64,000 nt of DNA from Candidatus Omnitrophota bacterium (GCA_043814965.1 JBDRJN010000003.1:1600-65599); one strand, 5' to 3'; positions 50,366 through 60,672 are shown, counted from the stretch's first letter. The notes: a model not told the origin generated them from the sequence alone. Program-made: numbers and translations.

Positions 50366-51655
50366 TTATAATGTCATAATAGTTTCTTTGAATTCAGCAT
50401 CCTTAAAACCTGTTTTTGAAGCCTTTATAAGCTTTACTATTTTGCCGTAATCAAAATAATCTTCAAGTATGATATCTTTTATGCTAGAAACATCTACCTT
50501 GTTCTTTATAAGCGCTCCTACTACTCCTATATTATCGACCTTGTTCAGGAACACGCATCCGACTATCACATTGTCTTTTAATATTATTTTTTTGTATATG
50601 GAATTTTCTTCGTCGAGTTTATAGATCTCTTCGTGTATGTCTTTTTTTGGTTTTGTAATGCCGATCGAGATCACTGGAAGGCCAAAGAACTCTATGGAGT
50701 TCATAGCTAGGCTCCCGTCATATGCCGTCTTTACGCCAGCCATATTTAAACCAGCGATCCTTCCCTGCTCGCATGCAGCAGGCCAGATAGCATTGATAGA
50801 ACTCTCGCCCAAGGCTATATCAAAAGATTCTGCCACATCGCCGGCTGCAAAGATGTCTTTATTGGATGTTGCCTGATATTTATCCACCAATATTCCCCAG
50901 TTGGTCTTTATGCCTATGTCTTTAGCAAGGCCAATATTGGAGTTGACACCTTTACCGACTATAATAAGTTCGCAATCATACTTTGATCTATCACTCAATA
51001 GAAGCCCCTTTACTGACTTATCTCCCAGCACCTCTTTTGCAGAGATACCAGTCTTGACGATAATACCTTTCTTTTCAATGTGACTGCGCATGATCTTTGC
51101 TGATATCTCATCTATTATCTGGGAAAGCACTTGAGGGCTTCTGACGAATACAGTTACTTTTTTACCCTGAGCGTTAAGGGCATAGGCTGCCCTAAGGCCT
51201 ATCAATCCGCCTCCCAGTATAGCTACGTTCTTTACTTTAGGAAGCAGTTTCTGGATATTTTCTGTATGAGACAATGTCCTAAGAGGAAAGACCCTTTCTT
51301 TATCTATGCCAGGGATGTCTTCCATTTTTGGAGAAGAGCCGCTGGCAATAAGTAATTTGTCAAATTTTATTTTTTTCTTGCTGTTTAAAACTACTTCTTT
51401 TTTCTTTGGGTCTATCTTTTCCGCTTTTACTCCTAATACAGATTCTACTGAATTATCCTTAAAAAAACTGTCTTTTCTGTACCATATCTTTTCTTTTGAT
51501 ATAGTGCCTGCCAGGAGATACGATATTAGACACCTTGAATAAAGAGGCCTTGCTTCATCGCTTATTACAATTATCTTGGATGTTTTGTCTTTTGTCCTGA
51601 TGGCTTCGACTGCATTTATCCCGGCAGCGCTGGAGCCTAAAATTATGTATTGCAT
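50366..51655 (-). CDS. FAD/NAD(P)-dependent oxidoreductase (NirB/rubredoxin-reductase-like)
   Basis: ILGSSAAG, YSRC, ILGGGLIG, FAAGDVAE, A.EQG.IAG.NMAG. Confidence 0.9.
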   Translation of the reverse strand: MQYIILGSSAAGINAVEAIRTKDKTSKIIVISDEARPLYSRCLISYLLAGTISKEKIWYRKDSFFKDNSVESVLGVKAEKIDPKKKEVVLNSKKKIKFDKLLIASGSSPKMEDIPGIDKERVFPLRTLSHTENIQKLLPKVKNVAILGGGLIGLRAAYALNAQGKKVTVFVRSPQVLSQIIDEISAKIMRSHIEKKGIIVKTGISAKEVLGDKSVKGLLLSDRSKYDCELIIVGKGVNSNIGLAKDIGIKTNWGILVDKYQATSNKDIFAAGDVAESFDIALGESSINAIWPAACEQGRIAGLNMAGVKTAYDGSLAMNSIEFFGLPVISIGITKPKKDIHEEIYKLDEENSIYKKIILKDNVIVGCVFLNKVDNIGVVGALIKNKVDVSSIKDIILEDYFDYGKIVKLIKASKTGFKDAEFKETIMTL

Positions 51656-52110
51656 ATTTTCCTCTCATGTTCTTTCAGTGTCCCAAGCATCAATGCGCCA
51701 GTAGGGCATGCCTCAACACACGCAGGTACATCTCTATCCGGGCAAAGATCACATTTTACGACTATCTTTTCTTTTGGCTGTCTGGTAAGGGCTCCGAATG
51801 GACAACTCATGATGCACATCCAGCACCCGACGCATTTTTCTTTATCGTGCAATGTCTGGCCTGTTGACCTATCTTTATACATACTGCCTGACATGCACGC
51901 CTCTACGCATAGCGCATTCTCGCAGTGATGACACCCTGTAGATATCGCAAAGCCCTTTGAAATAAATTCAGCTTTTCTTCTCTTGATAGGCAAGCTGTCT
52001 TCTTTTATTGAACTCTCGAGCTTCTTGGTCTTTGAGTGTTCTACTGCGCATGCGATCTCGCAGGAACCGCAGCCAAGACACTTTTTTATATCACAATATA
52101 TTTTTTTCAT
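51643..52110 (-). CDS. cooF: CooF-like 4x[4Fe-4S] ferredoxin
   Basis: CLGCGSCEIAC, CHHC....C...C, CVGCWMCIMSCP, KCDLC......CVEACP. Confidence 0.85.
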   Translation of the reverse strand: MKKIYCDIKKCLGCGSCEIACAVEHSKTKKLESSIKEDSLPIKRRKAEFISKGFAISTGCHHCENALCVEACMSGSMYKDRSTGQTLHDKEKCVGCWMCIMSCPFGALTRQPKEKIVVKCDLCPDRDVPACVEACPTGALMLGTLKEHERKICNT

Positions 52111-52112
52111 AG

Positions 52113-54020
52113 CTACACCTTTTGGTACATAAGAGGCTGCAGTTTAAGGGCCTTTCTTTTTTTATCAATATGCTCTATCATAAGCTTTGCTGCTTTTACA
52201 GGGTCTCCTTCAAAAGCCCATTTTCCTCCGACTATCGGCTCTATCTCTTTGGTTATGTATTCAGTGACATTTTTGCTTCCCAGGACCCTTAGAGGAGAAC
52301 CTATTACTACAAATATCCCGCTAGCAACAAAATACCAGCCAATAGCAATTGCTTTTTCTGACATCCATTCAGGCGCAGCGCCTGCAACAGGGAGCTCATC
52401 TATGGAATTTCCTATACCTCCCTCTTTGACCATCTCACAGCATGCTGTGAGTATCCTGGTATTGTCAACGCAGGAGCCTGTATGAAGGACCGGTGGCATG
52501 CCTACTGTTTCGCATATCTCTTTTAAACCTTCTCCTGCAAACTTGACAGCGCTTTCCGGTGTAAGAAGCCCTGCTTTTCCGCAAGCACCAGCGCTGCATC
52601 CTGTCTGAACTACTAATACATCATTTTTGATAAGATGTTTTACCATGTCTATATGACAAAGGCTTGACTCGTTCTTCGGGTTATCGCATCCTACTACGCC
52701 TGCTACGCCTCTGATCCTCCCACTTATTATTGCATCATTTAAAGGCCTATAACTGGGCCTGAATTTACCTCCTAGATTATAAAATACATTCTCGGTAGTA
52801 AATCCCGCGACTATGGTGGTCTTTTGCTTCGGGATATTCAGTTTGGACTTATCCCTGTTCTTATAGTTCTCTATAGCTATCCTTAGGATCTTTTTTGCTA
52901 TACTAAGGGCGTCTTTTTCATGAAATTCTATATGTTCCATTCCTTTGAATTTTGCCTTCTGAGAGGTGGATATGAGTTTTGTATGGAAATTTTTTGCTAC
53001 TTCAGACAACGCCGGCATAATACATTGTATGTCCACGACCATTGCTTCAACCGCCCCGGTTATTATTGCAAGTTCCTGCTGGAGAAAATTCCCAGCCATT
53101 GATACGCCATGCCTCATCAATACTTCTGCAGCTGTACAGCAGATACCAGCCAGGTTTATGCCTTTTGCGCCGTTTTTCTTTGCCAGATCCAATAGCTCCT
53201 TATCTTGACTAGCAGTGACTATTATGTCTGATAGCGTAGGCTCATGACCATGTATAAGGATATTTACCTCATCAGCTTTTAATACACCAAGATCTACCTC
53301 TGCTCTTACAGGCTGAGGAGACCCAAACAATATATCGCTTAGGTCAGTTGCTATCATGGAGCCGCCCCATCCATCAACCAAAGACGTCTTTATAGCACAT
53401 TCTATAAGATGCTTATATTCATTATCAACCCCTACATGCGTGCGAGCCATTGTCTCGACCACTTCTATATCTATACCCTTGGGGTAGACATTCAACTTTT
53501 TCCAATTGTCTATCTGTTTTTTTGGAGCTCTTTTTATAAGAGTAAGTTCTCCCTCCTGCTGGCCATATTCTTTTAATATCCTTTCCCCTAATTCCTCAGC
53601 TATCTTTATATCGGTCTTTCCTTCTATCTTCAGGCCAAATTCCTGGGCAAAACGATGTAATTTTTGAGGGTCTTTTATTGAGTAATCTTTTGCATGGCCT
53701 CTTCCAAGTTCAAGTATGGTCCTTGCCAGGTCTCTTCCATGGTCAGAGTGGCACGCAGCTCCGCCTGCTGTATTACGCGCAAGGTTCCTGGCAGATATAG
53801 TATCGCTATCAGCTCCGCATACCCCGCATTGGGCGCCTCCTCCAAAAGGGTCTATTCTACAAGGCCCGAGATTACAGAGCTTGCAGCATACGCCTAGGGT
53901 CCCGAATCCACATTTGGGTTCCTGCTCCATAAAACGGTCCCAGACAGTTTTTATATTGTTCTTTTTTGCGATACTTTTTAATTGCTCATCAACAGACTTA
54001 GCTGATTTTGATGACATCAA
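52113..54020 (-). CDS. cooS: Anaerobic Ni-Fe carbon monoxide dehydrogenase catalytic subunit
   Basis: CGFG..GVCC..C..GPC B/D clusters; C-cluster ligands HGHEP, GICCT, VDIQC, VGCDN, TGC, GSCVD; MSEKA. Confidence 0.96.
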   Translation of the reverse strand: MMSSKSAKSVDEQLKSIAKKNNIKTVWDRFMEQEPKCGFGTLGVCCKLCNLGPCRIDPFGGGAQCGVCGADSDTISARNLARNTAGGAACHSDHGRDLARTILELGRGHAKDYSIKDPQKLHRFAQEFGLKIEGKTDIKIAEELGERILKEYGQQEGELTLIKRAPKKQIDNWKKLNVYPKGIDIEVVETMARTHVGVDNEYKHLIECAIKTSLVDGWGGSMIATDLSDILFGSPQPVRAEVDLGVLKADEVNILIHGHEPTLSDIIVTASQDKELLDLAKKNGAKGINLAGICCTAAEVLMRHGVSMAGNFLQQELAIITGAVEAMVVDIQCIMPALSEVAKNFHTKLISTSQKAKFKGMEHIEFHEKDALSIAKKILRIAIENYKNRDKSKLNIPKQKTTIVAGFTTENVFYNLGGKFRPSYRPLNDAIISGRIRGVAGVVGCDNPKNESSLCHIDMVKHLIKNDVLVVQTGCSAGACGKAGLLTPESAVKFAGEGLKEICETVGMPPVLHTGSCVDNTRILTACCEMVKEGGIGNSIDELPVAGAAPEWMSEKAIAIGWYFVASGIFVVIGSPLRVLGSKNVTEYITKEIEPIVGGKWAFEGDPVKAAKLMIEHIDKKRKALKLQPLMYQKV

Positions 54021-54738
54021 ATACCTCCTCCAATTCTTTTACAAAAACTGAGCCCTCATGGATCTTTCCTCTGGACTTTAATATATTATTATCCATATTT
54101 ATAAAACAATTTACACTTAAATCTTTGATATTTTTTCTTATAAAATCCTTATCGTCCTCTCCTTTGATCTTATTGGCAACGATGACAATGTCTTTTATCT
54201 TTAGGTTACTAGCAAGCTCTATTATTTTAAAAGCAGTATCTATAGATGTCAGATTAGGCTCTATCACTATTATGAATTTATCTACAGCCTGAGCAGTGCC
54301 CCTGCCAAGATGCTCTATACCCGCTTCCATATCCACTATGACTACCTCGTCCCTATTTATAAAGATATGGCTTAAAAGCGTCTTTAAAAACGCGCTTTCC
54401 GGACACACGCATCCTGCCCCGCCTTTTTTTACTGTACCCATCTCTATAAGCCTGATATTATCTTTGGACCTTGAGAACTTGTCCGGGATATCATCTACTT
54501 TTGGATTTAATTTAAAAAAACCTCCGACCTCCCCGCATCTTTCAAGTATTAGCTTTTTAAGGCCTGATATTGGTTCTGGACGCTCTTCTTTGGAAAAACC
54601 AAGAGCTGTTGCAAGATTGGAGTCAGGATCCGCATCGATCGCTATGACCTTTGAGCCTTTTTTCTTGAACAAAAAAGCCAAGGCTGCTGAAATAGATGTC
54701 TTTCCTACGCCGCCTTTTCCAGTAATAGCTATTTTCAT
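53998..54738 (-). CDS. cooC: CODH nickel-insertion ATPase
   Basis: ITGKGGVGKT, DADPD, GCVCP, DMEAGIEHLGRGT. Confidence 0.93.
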   Translation of the reverse strand: MKIAITGKGGVGKTSISAALAFLFKKKGSKVIAIDADPDSNLATALGFSKEERPEPISGLKKLILERCGEVGGFFKLNPKVDDIPDKFSRSKDNIRLIEMGTVKKGGAGCVCPESAFLKTLLSHIFINRDEVVIVDMEAGIEHLGRGTAQAVDKFIIVIEPNLTSIDTAFKIIELASNLKIKDIVIVANKIKGEDDKDFIRKNIKDLSVNCFINMDNNILKSRGKIHEGSVFVKELEEVFDVIKIS

Positions 54739-55601
54739 AACCCAGCTGCCTCTAACACCAAAGGAACTTTTTTATCCCATCCGATAGGCATTATGTGAAT
54801 ACCTTGGGAAATCCCTTTAAGTTCACTTATTAAGCGGGCTGCTATCTCGATTGATTTAGCGCTCTTATCCTGCGCCTTGTCTATCTCTTCTATCAGGTTG
54901 TCTGGCACAAAGACACCGCTCACATTTTTATTCATGAACTTTGCCATACCAGCTGACTTTAGAAGAACTATGCCTGCCAGGATCGTTGTCTTCAGGTGTT
55001 TTGAGGCATCCAGGAACCTCTTAAATAGATCAATGTCATATATTTCCTGCGTCTGGAAAAATTTGGCTCCTGTTGCGATCTTCTTTTCCATCTTTATGAT
55101 CTCCGGCTCCAATGGATCTGCGCCAGGATTTACCACTGCGCCTACGCAAAAATCAGGTTTACCCTTAAGTTCTTTTCCTGCAAGGTCCTTACCAGATTCT
55201 AATATTCTTATAGTATCAAGAAGCTGCATTGAATCAAGGTCAAATACAGGCTTTGCTTCGGGGTGATCTCCCAAAGTAGTATGGTCTCCTGTTAAGGCAA
55301 GAACATTTTTTATGCCAAATACATAAGCGGATAATAGATCTGATTGTAGGGCAAGTCTATTTCTATCACGGCATGTAATCTGGAACACCGGCTCTATGCC
55401 GCGTTCTATTAAAAGTTTACATATTGCAAGAGATCCTACTCTCATCACTGAACTTTGTAGGTCCGTAACATTGATAGCATCGACCTTACCCTTGATAAGA
55501 TCAGCATCTTTAAGGGTCTCTTCTATATCGGTTCCTTTGGGGGGCCCTATCTCGGAAGTCAGTATAAATTTTCCCTGCTCTATCTTATCGCAAAGTGACA
55601 T
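54735..55601 (-). CDS. metF: Methylenetetrahydrofolate reductase
   Basis: E..PPKG, NVTD, TCRDRNRLALQSDLL, LTGD, FQTQ; start at MSLCDK with AAAGGA RBS. Confidence 0.93.
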   Translation of the reverse strand: MSLCDKIEQGKFILTSEIGPPKGTDIEETLKDADLIKGKVDAINVTDLQSSVMRVGSLAICKLLIERGIEPVFQITCRDRNRLALQSDLLSAYVFGIKNVLALTGDHTTLGDHPEAKPVFDLDSMQLLDTIRILESGKDLAGKELKGKPDFCVGAVVNPGADPLEPEIIKMEKKIATGAKFFQTQEIYDIDLFKRFLDASKHLKTTILAGIVLLKSAGMAKFMNKNVSGVFVPDNLIEEIDKAQDKSAKSIEIAARLISELKGISQGIHIMPIGWDKKVPLVLEAAGL

Positions 55602-55668
55602 CGTTAGTCCTTTCTTTTTATCCACCAGCCTGTTAGGCCTTTAAAAAAACGTTCTACAAGCTTAAGTC

Positions 55669-55867
55669 TTGTCTGCTTATAGGGTACTGTTTTCGAGGAC
55701 GTAAAATTTCACCAGCGTTGAAATTTTACTCCGTTTTCTTTTTCGCTCTCGCCTAAACCCTATCTACGGTAGGGGAGCCTTAAGGCTCCCCTACTAGTTT
55801 TTGAGAGGGCGAACCATGCCCTCTCAAAAGAAAAAGGCCTCTCAAACAGTACCCTATAAGCAGACAA
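55669..55867 (-). mobile_element. MITE-like structured element, copy 2 (inverted), carrying a GTAG palindrome
   Basis: Perfect terminal IR TTGTCTGCTTATAGGGTACTGTT...AACAGTACCCTATAAGCAGACAA; core homologous to 44959-45120; insert 55769-55794. Confidence 0.7.
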
Positions 55868-55898
55868 ATCCAAACTTGAACCTTACCCTAAAAAAACA

Positions 55899-56765
55899 TC
55901 AAACTTGCTTTTTAAAGATCTCTACCAGGTTCCTCATAAGCATGGCGACTGTGAGCGGGCCTACGCCTCCTGGTACAGGAGTGATGTAGCTTGCTTTTTC
56001 CTTTGCCTTGTCAAACTCCACATCACCAACTATCTTGTCGCCGACCCTATTGATACCCACATCTATTACGATAGCCCCCTCTTTTATCCAATCGCCTTTT
56101 ACAAGGCAAGCTTTTCCACAAGCTACTATCAATATCTCAGCCTTTTTTACAAACTCAGGGAGATCCCCTCTTTCTCCTGTCGCTATATGGCACACTGTAG
56201 TAGTGACAAATTTATTTAACAGCATAAGCGCCAGCGGCTTTCCAACTATTTCGCTATGCCCTACCACAACTGCTTCTTTTCCGTAAAGCTTTATGTCAGG
56301 TATTGAATTCAAAAGTTCCATACAGCTCGCCGCAGTACATGGCCTTACTGTCTCCCTGCCAAACACTATCTCACCCATATTCTGAGGGTGTACTGCCTCA
56401 ACATCCTTTGAAGGCGATATATATCTAGATATCAATTTTGCATCTATGTGAGACGGTAGAGGCATCTGCACTATTATGCCATTGACTGAACTGTCATTAT
56501 TGAGTACACCTATAGCTCTTATCAATCCTTCCTGGCCTATGTCTTGGCTTAATTTTTCAAGATGATATTCTATACCTAAAGACTCAGCGCTCTTTATCTG
56601 GGATTTTAGGTATACGCTCGAAGCCTCGTTCTCTCCTACCTGCACACTTACAAGTTTTGGAGATCTCCCATATTTGGCTTTTAACGCTTCTACCTCTTTT
56701 TGTATGCTTTCTTTTATGCTTTTTGCAAGCACCTTGCCGTCTAATAGTTGAGCAGACATGGTCAC
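55899..56765 (-). CDS. folD: Methylene-THF dehydrogenase/cyclohydrolase
   Basis: LDGK, GIIVQMPLP, KDVE, PCT, G.S.IVGKP, DVGIN, TPVPGGVGPLTVAML. Confidence 0.96.
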   Translation of the reverse strand: MTMSAQLLDGKVLAKSIKESIQKEVEALKAKYGRSPKLVSVQVGENEASSVYLKSQIKSAESLGIEYHLEKLSQDIGQEGLIRAIGVLNNDSSVNGIIVQMPLPSHIDAKLISRYISPSKDVEAVHPQNMGEIVFGRETVRPCTAASCMELLNSIPDIKLYGKEAVVVGHSEIVGKPLALMLLNKFVTTTVCHIATGERGDLPEFVKKAEILIVACGKACLVKGDWIKEGAIVIDVGINRVGDKIVGDVEFDKAKEKASYITPVPGGVGPLTVAMLMRNLVEIFKKQV

Positions 56766-57361
56766 CTCATCTTTTCTTCGGTTCTAATGATCGTCTCTTT
56801 GTATATGCCTGATAATTCTTTTTTTAATCCTTCGATAAGGTTCTTTTCTCTCTCAGTGAATATCTCGTCCTTTATACCCTTCAGGTTTATCTTTGCGTTA
56901 AAGACAGCTGAATTAAAACACGCCTCTATCAGTTCTGCGCCGCACCCGACATCTGTTATCAGATTAGGGTTTGTCTTATCTGGCAGTTCGTTCGCTATAT
57001 TCATCGCTTTTATGGAAAGTTTGCATATCTTGATAGAGACAACATAACCTTCTCTCAAGGCCTCATCGATATTCCTTGCGTCTTTGGACCTAAAGGCATT
57101 TTTTATTGCTAGATACACCCTTACGTCCTCGTCTATTGCCTTCTCAAAACAAGCCCTTATGTCTTTTAATTCCGCCAGGTATCTTTTCACGTTATTTTCG
57201 AACTCTTTATATTTTTCGTTCCCGATCGTAAAATTACACGTCATCTCAAGAAGCGCTGCGCCCATCGCACCAGACACGCCGGATGAACTGCCTCCACCTG
57301 GAACAGGCTGTTTGGCTGCCAGATCCGCTATATATTTCTCAATAGGTTCGTTTATGTACAT
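56762..57361 (-). CDS. fchA: Formiminotransferase-cyclodeaminase C-terminal / methenyl-THF cyclohydrolase
   Basis: LA...PVPGGGS, N.NLITDVG, N.KINL; between fhs and folD. Confidence 0.85.
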   Translation of the reverse strand: MYINEPIEKYIADLAAKQPVPGGGSSSGVSGAMGAALLEMTCNFTIGNEKYKEFENNVKRYLAELKDIRACFEKAIDEDVRVYLAIKNAFRSKDARNIDEALREGYVVSIKICKLSIKAMNIANELPDKTNPNLITDVGCGAELIEACFNSAVFNAKINLKGIKDEIFTEREKNLIEGLKKELSGIYKETIIRTEEKMR

Positions 57362-57392
57362 ATCTTAACCTTCTTCATTTTAATATCAAATA

Positions 57393-59102
57393 TTAAAACA
57401 AACCTTTTATCTTCCCAGATTCATCTATGTCTACTTTTGTACCCGCGGGGACACTCGGAAGCCCTGGCATAGTACGCATCGTACCGCAAAGAGGATATAA
57501 AAACCCAGCGCCTGCTGAAAGCCTTATATCTCTTACAGGCAAAGTAAACCCTTCGGGCCTTGCTTTAAGTTTTGGGTCGTGGGACAGAGAAAGGTGTGTC
57601 TTTGCCATATTTATAGGAAGTTTATCATAGCCTAGTTTTGTATAGTAGGCTATTTTTTTATTAGCCTCTTCGGAATACTCCACGTCTTTTGCCCCATAGA
57701 TCTTCTTTGCAATGGCCTCTATTTTTTCCTTTATAGGAATATCTAATTCGTATAAAAATTTAAAATTGGACTTTTCTTCGCACATCCTTACGACTGACTC
57801 TGCCAGGGCCTTGCCGCCTTCACCGCCTTTTTCCCACACTTCACTCAATACCACGTCATACGCGCCAGCTTTTTTGGCTACGTCTCTTATGATGTCTATC
57901 TCTTTTTCAGTATCGTATAAGAACCTATTTATAGCTACGACTACCGGGACACCAAAAGACTTCATATTCTCTATATGTTTTGCAAGATTACCAGAACCCT
58001 TTATTACAGCTTCGACATTTTCTTTTTTGATGAGGTTTTCGTCTAAAGCCCTGCCTGGGATCGCCTCAAAACCGCCTCCGTGCATCTTTAAGGCCTTGAC
58101 AGTACATACAAGCACTATCCCGTCAGGCGGTTTAAGCCCTTCAGCCCTGCATTTTATATCCAGGAACTTTTCAGCCCCGCAATCAGCTCCAAAACCGCTT
58201 TCTGTGACTACATAATCAGCTAGTTTCAGCGCTATCAGGTCTGCCAACACTGAATTATTGCCATGAGCGATGTTGGCAAAAGGCCCTGCATGCATAATGC
58301 AAGGAGTATTCTCCGTTGTCTGGACAAGATTAGGCTTTAAGGCATCCTTTAAAAGCACTGTCATGGCACCAGCGCATTGTACATCCTCAGCTGTTATGAT
58401 CGCGCCGTCCTTACTGGAAGCTATTACCATCATTCCAAGCCTTTTTCTGAGGTCTTTGAGAGAAGTAGCAAGGGCTAATATAGCCATTACCTCGCTCGCG
58501 ACAGTTATATCAAAGCCAGTCTCTCTTTCTATGCCGTTTTCCGGGCCTCCAAGGCCTATCTTTATTTGTCTCAATGCCCTATCACTTATATCTACCACTC
58601 TTCTAGTGATTATCGTATCAGGATCTATGTTTAATTTATTGCCTTTCATGAGATGATTGTCTATAAAAGCTGCCAATAGATTATTCGCAGCGCCTACTGC
58701 ATGTATATCTCCTGTAAAGTGAAGATTTATGTCTTCCATCGGAAGGACTTGAGAATATCCTCCTCCGGCTGCGCCTCCCTTGATACCAAACACAGGGCCC
58801 ATAGATGGCTGCCTTAATGTAGTTATGATCTTTTTGCCTATCTTTGCCAGCCCCAGGCTTAGGCCTATAGTAGTGACGGTCTTCCCTTCCCCGAGAGGAG
58901 TTGGAGTTATGGCAGTCACATCTATATATTTACCTTGTTTTCTATCTTTGAGGCGGCCTAGTATGGAAAGGGTTATCTTGGCTTTATAGTTTCCGTATAG
59001 CTCTAATTCGTCTTCTTTTATTCCTATATCACTTGCGATCTCCGTTATGTGCCTTAATTTTGCGCTTTGGGCTATTTCGAGGTCACTAGGTACTTTTTTC
59101 AA
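57393..59102 (-). CDS. fhs: Formate-tetrahydrofolate ligase
   Basis: TPTPLGEGKT, GIKGGAAGGGYSQV, GPFANIAHG, MAKTH.S, TMPGLP. Confidence 0.98.
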   Translation of the reverse strand: MKKVPSDLEIAQSAKLRHITEIASDIGIKEDELELYGNYKAKITLSILGRLKDRKQGKYIDVTAITPTPLGEGKTVTTIGLSLGLAKIGKKIITTLRQPSMGPVFGIKGGAAGGGYSQVLPMEDINLHFTGDIHAVGAANNLLAAFIDNHLMKGNKLNIDPDTIITRRVVDISDRALRQIKIGLGGPENGIERETGFDITVASEVMAILALATSLKDLRKRLGMMVIASSKDGAIITAEDVQCAGAMTVLLKDALKPNLVQTTENTPCIMHAGPFANIAHGNNSVLADLIALKLADYVVTESGFGADCGAEKFLDIKCRAEGLKPPDGIVLVCTVKALKMHGGGFEAIPGRALDENLIKKENVEAVIKGSGNLAKHIENMKSFGVPVVVAINRFLYDTEKEIDIIRDVAKKAGAYDVVLSEVWEKGGEGGKALAESVVRMCEEKSNFKFLYELDIPIKEKIEAIAKKIYGAKDVEYSEEANKKIAYYTKLGYDKLPINMAKTHLSLSHDPKLKARPEGFTLPVRDIRLSAGAGFLYPLCGTMRTMPGLPSVPAGTKVDIDESGKIKGLF

Positions 59103-59123
59103 CTCAACACCTCCGTTGTCCTA

Positions 59124-59495
59124 TCAACATGTCATCTGGAAAGCATTCTTGATCAAGTTTATTTTTGGTGAAGCGCTATTTATGCCGAGCACAGCAACAA
59201 CATCAAACCTGCAGGGTTTGTCCTCCATTTTCTTATTCTTTATATAAAAAAGAGCCGCTCTTATAAGCTTTGAGCGTTTTTTTATGTCTATGGATTCTTC
59301 CGGAGACCCAAATCTAGTGTTCTCCCTGGAACGTACCTCTATAAAAGAACAGTACCTCCCATCCATACCTATTATATCTATTTCTCCCAGCTTTGTCTTA
59401 TAATTTTTTTCTAATATCTTATAACCCTGCTTTTTTAAATAACCCAGGGCTAGTTCTTCTCCTTTTTTGCCGGACTCTTTCCTGGAAAGGTTCAT
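59124..59495 (-). CDS. yraN: YraN-family endonuclease-like protein
   Basis: G..GE..A..YL...GY.IL..N.....GEIDII, FIEV, RFDVV. Confidence 0.92.
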   Translation of the reverse strand: MNLSRKESGKKGEELALGYLKKQGYKILEKNYKTKLGEIDIIGMDGRYCSFIEVRSRENTRFGSPEESIDIKKRSKLIRAALFYIKNKKMEDKPCRFDVVAVLGINSASPKINLIKNAFQMTC

Positions 59496-60152
59496 ACATA
59501 TCTTATAGGCGCGAAAGATCTCCTATGTATAGGGCAAGGCCCGAATCTCTTTATTGCCCCTAGGTGAAGCCTTGTGCCGTATCCTTTGTGTTTTGAAAAT
59601 CCATACTCAGGAAACAGCTTGTCATATAAAAGCATCATATTGTCTCTTATAGTCTTTGCTATGATGCTGGCTGATGCGATAGAAAGACTTTTTGAATCCC
59701 CTTTCACGATAGAGATAGTCTTGTATGGCAAACCCAGGTCGAGCTTGCCGTCTACGAGTACGCATATATTTTTTCTGATTTTTTTTTTCATCTAGATCGT
59801 GGAGCCTGCAGTATTTTCTTAGAAGGGCCTTTAATGCCTTTTTCATAGCTAGGAGCGTGGCCTGGTATATATTATGTTTATCTATGATCTTCTCATCTTT
59901 TAGTCCGATAGCAAACAGTGTCTTTCCTGACAGTTCTAAGAACGCCTTTTTTCTCTGACCCTCGCTCAGCTTCTTGGAGTCATCCAGCCTTGATCTGTAT
60001 TTCGGAAAAGAAAATCTTTTTTTCAAAGGATATGGGTTCAAAAGACAGGCACAGGCAACTACAGGGCCAGCCAATGGGCCGCGTCCAACCTCGTCTATGC
60101 CTATTATTATATTATATCCCTTAAGAAACGCCTCCTTCTCCCAAAGAAGCAT
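59492..60152 (-). pseudogene. rnhB: Ribonuclease HII split by a frameshift in an A10 tract
   Basis: GIDEVGRGPLAGPV and DSKKL in one frame (ORF 59622..60203); [28 protein letters not shown] in another (59492..59791); T10 run at 59779-59788. Confidence 0.85.
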
Positions 60153-60510
60153 CTTCTTTTGGCTCAGACGTTCTTTTTTCTTCGATCTTAGTATCTTTAC
60201 CAATCTTTCCCTTCAGGTAATAGAGCTTTGCTTTCTTTACCTTGCCTTTTTTTAGGACCTTGACAGAATCTACGAGAGGAGAGTGCAATTGAAAGACCCT
60301 TTCGATCCCCTCCCCATATGATATACGGCGTACTGTAAAAGTCTCTCTCATCCCGGAGCCTCTTTTAGCGATAACAGTACCCTCGTATCCCTGGAGACGG
60401 GTCTTGTCGCCTTCTTTTATCTTTACAAAGACTTTTACAGTATCGCCGACATTGAAACATGGGATATCTTTTTTCATAAAATCTTTTTCTATTTCGTTGA
60501 TCTTGTTCAT
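60121..60510 (-). CDS. rplS: 50S ribosomal protein L19
   Basis: GDTVKV...IKEG.K.RLQ.YEG.VI, TFTVRRIS.G.GIER.F, AKLYYL; start at MNKINEIEK. Confidence 0.97.
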   Translation of the reverse strand: MNKINEIEKDFMKKDIPCFNVGDTVKVFVKIKEGDKTRLQGYEGTVIAKRGSGMRETFTVRRISYGEGIERVFQLHSPLVDSVKVLKKGKVKKAKLYYLKGKIGKDTKIEEKRTSEPKEDASLGEGGVS

Positions 60511-60547
60511 CTTGTTCCCCCTTTTGTTCGTTATATAACTTTCTTTT

Positions 60548-60672
60548 AAAATCAAATATTAAATATTAAAAATCAAAATGCTACATATTAAGATTTAAAA
60601 TTAAAATTGCATTATAGCTGTATTTTGGATTTTGATATGTCATTTTGCATTTTGGTCTTTTAATTTTAATTT
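60548..60672. repeat. AT-rich inverted-arm element, copy 2 (supplies the trmD stop)
   Basis: AAATATTAAATATTAAAAATCAAAATG ... ATTTTGGATTTTGATATGTCATTTTGCATTTTG; homologous to 37110-37243. Confidence 0.75.
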
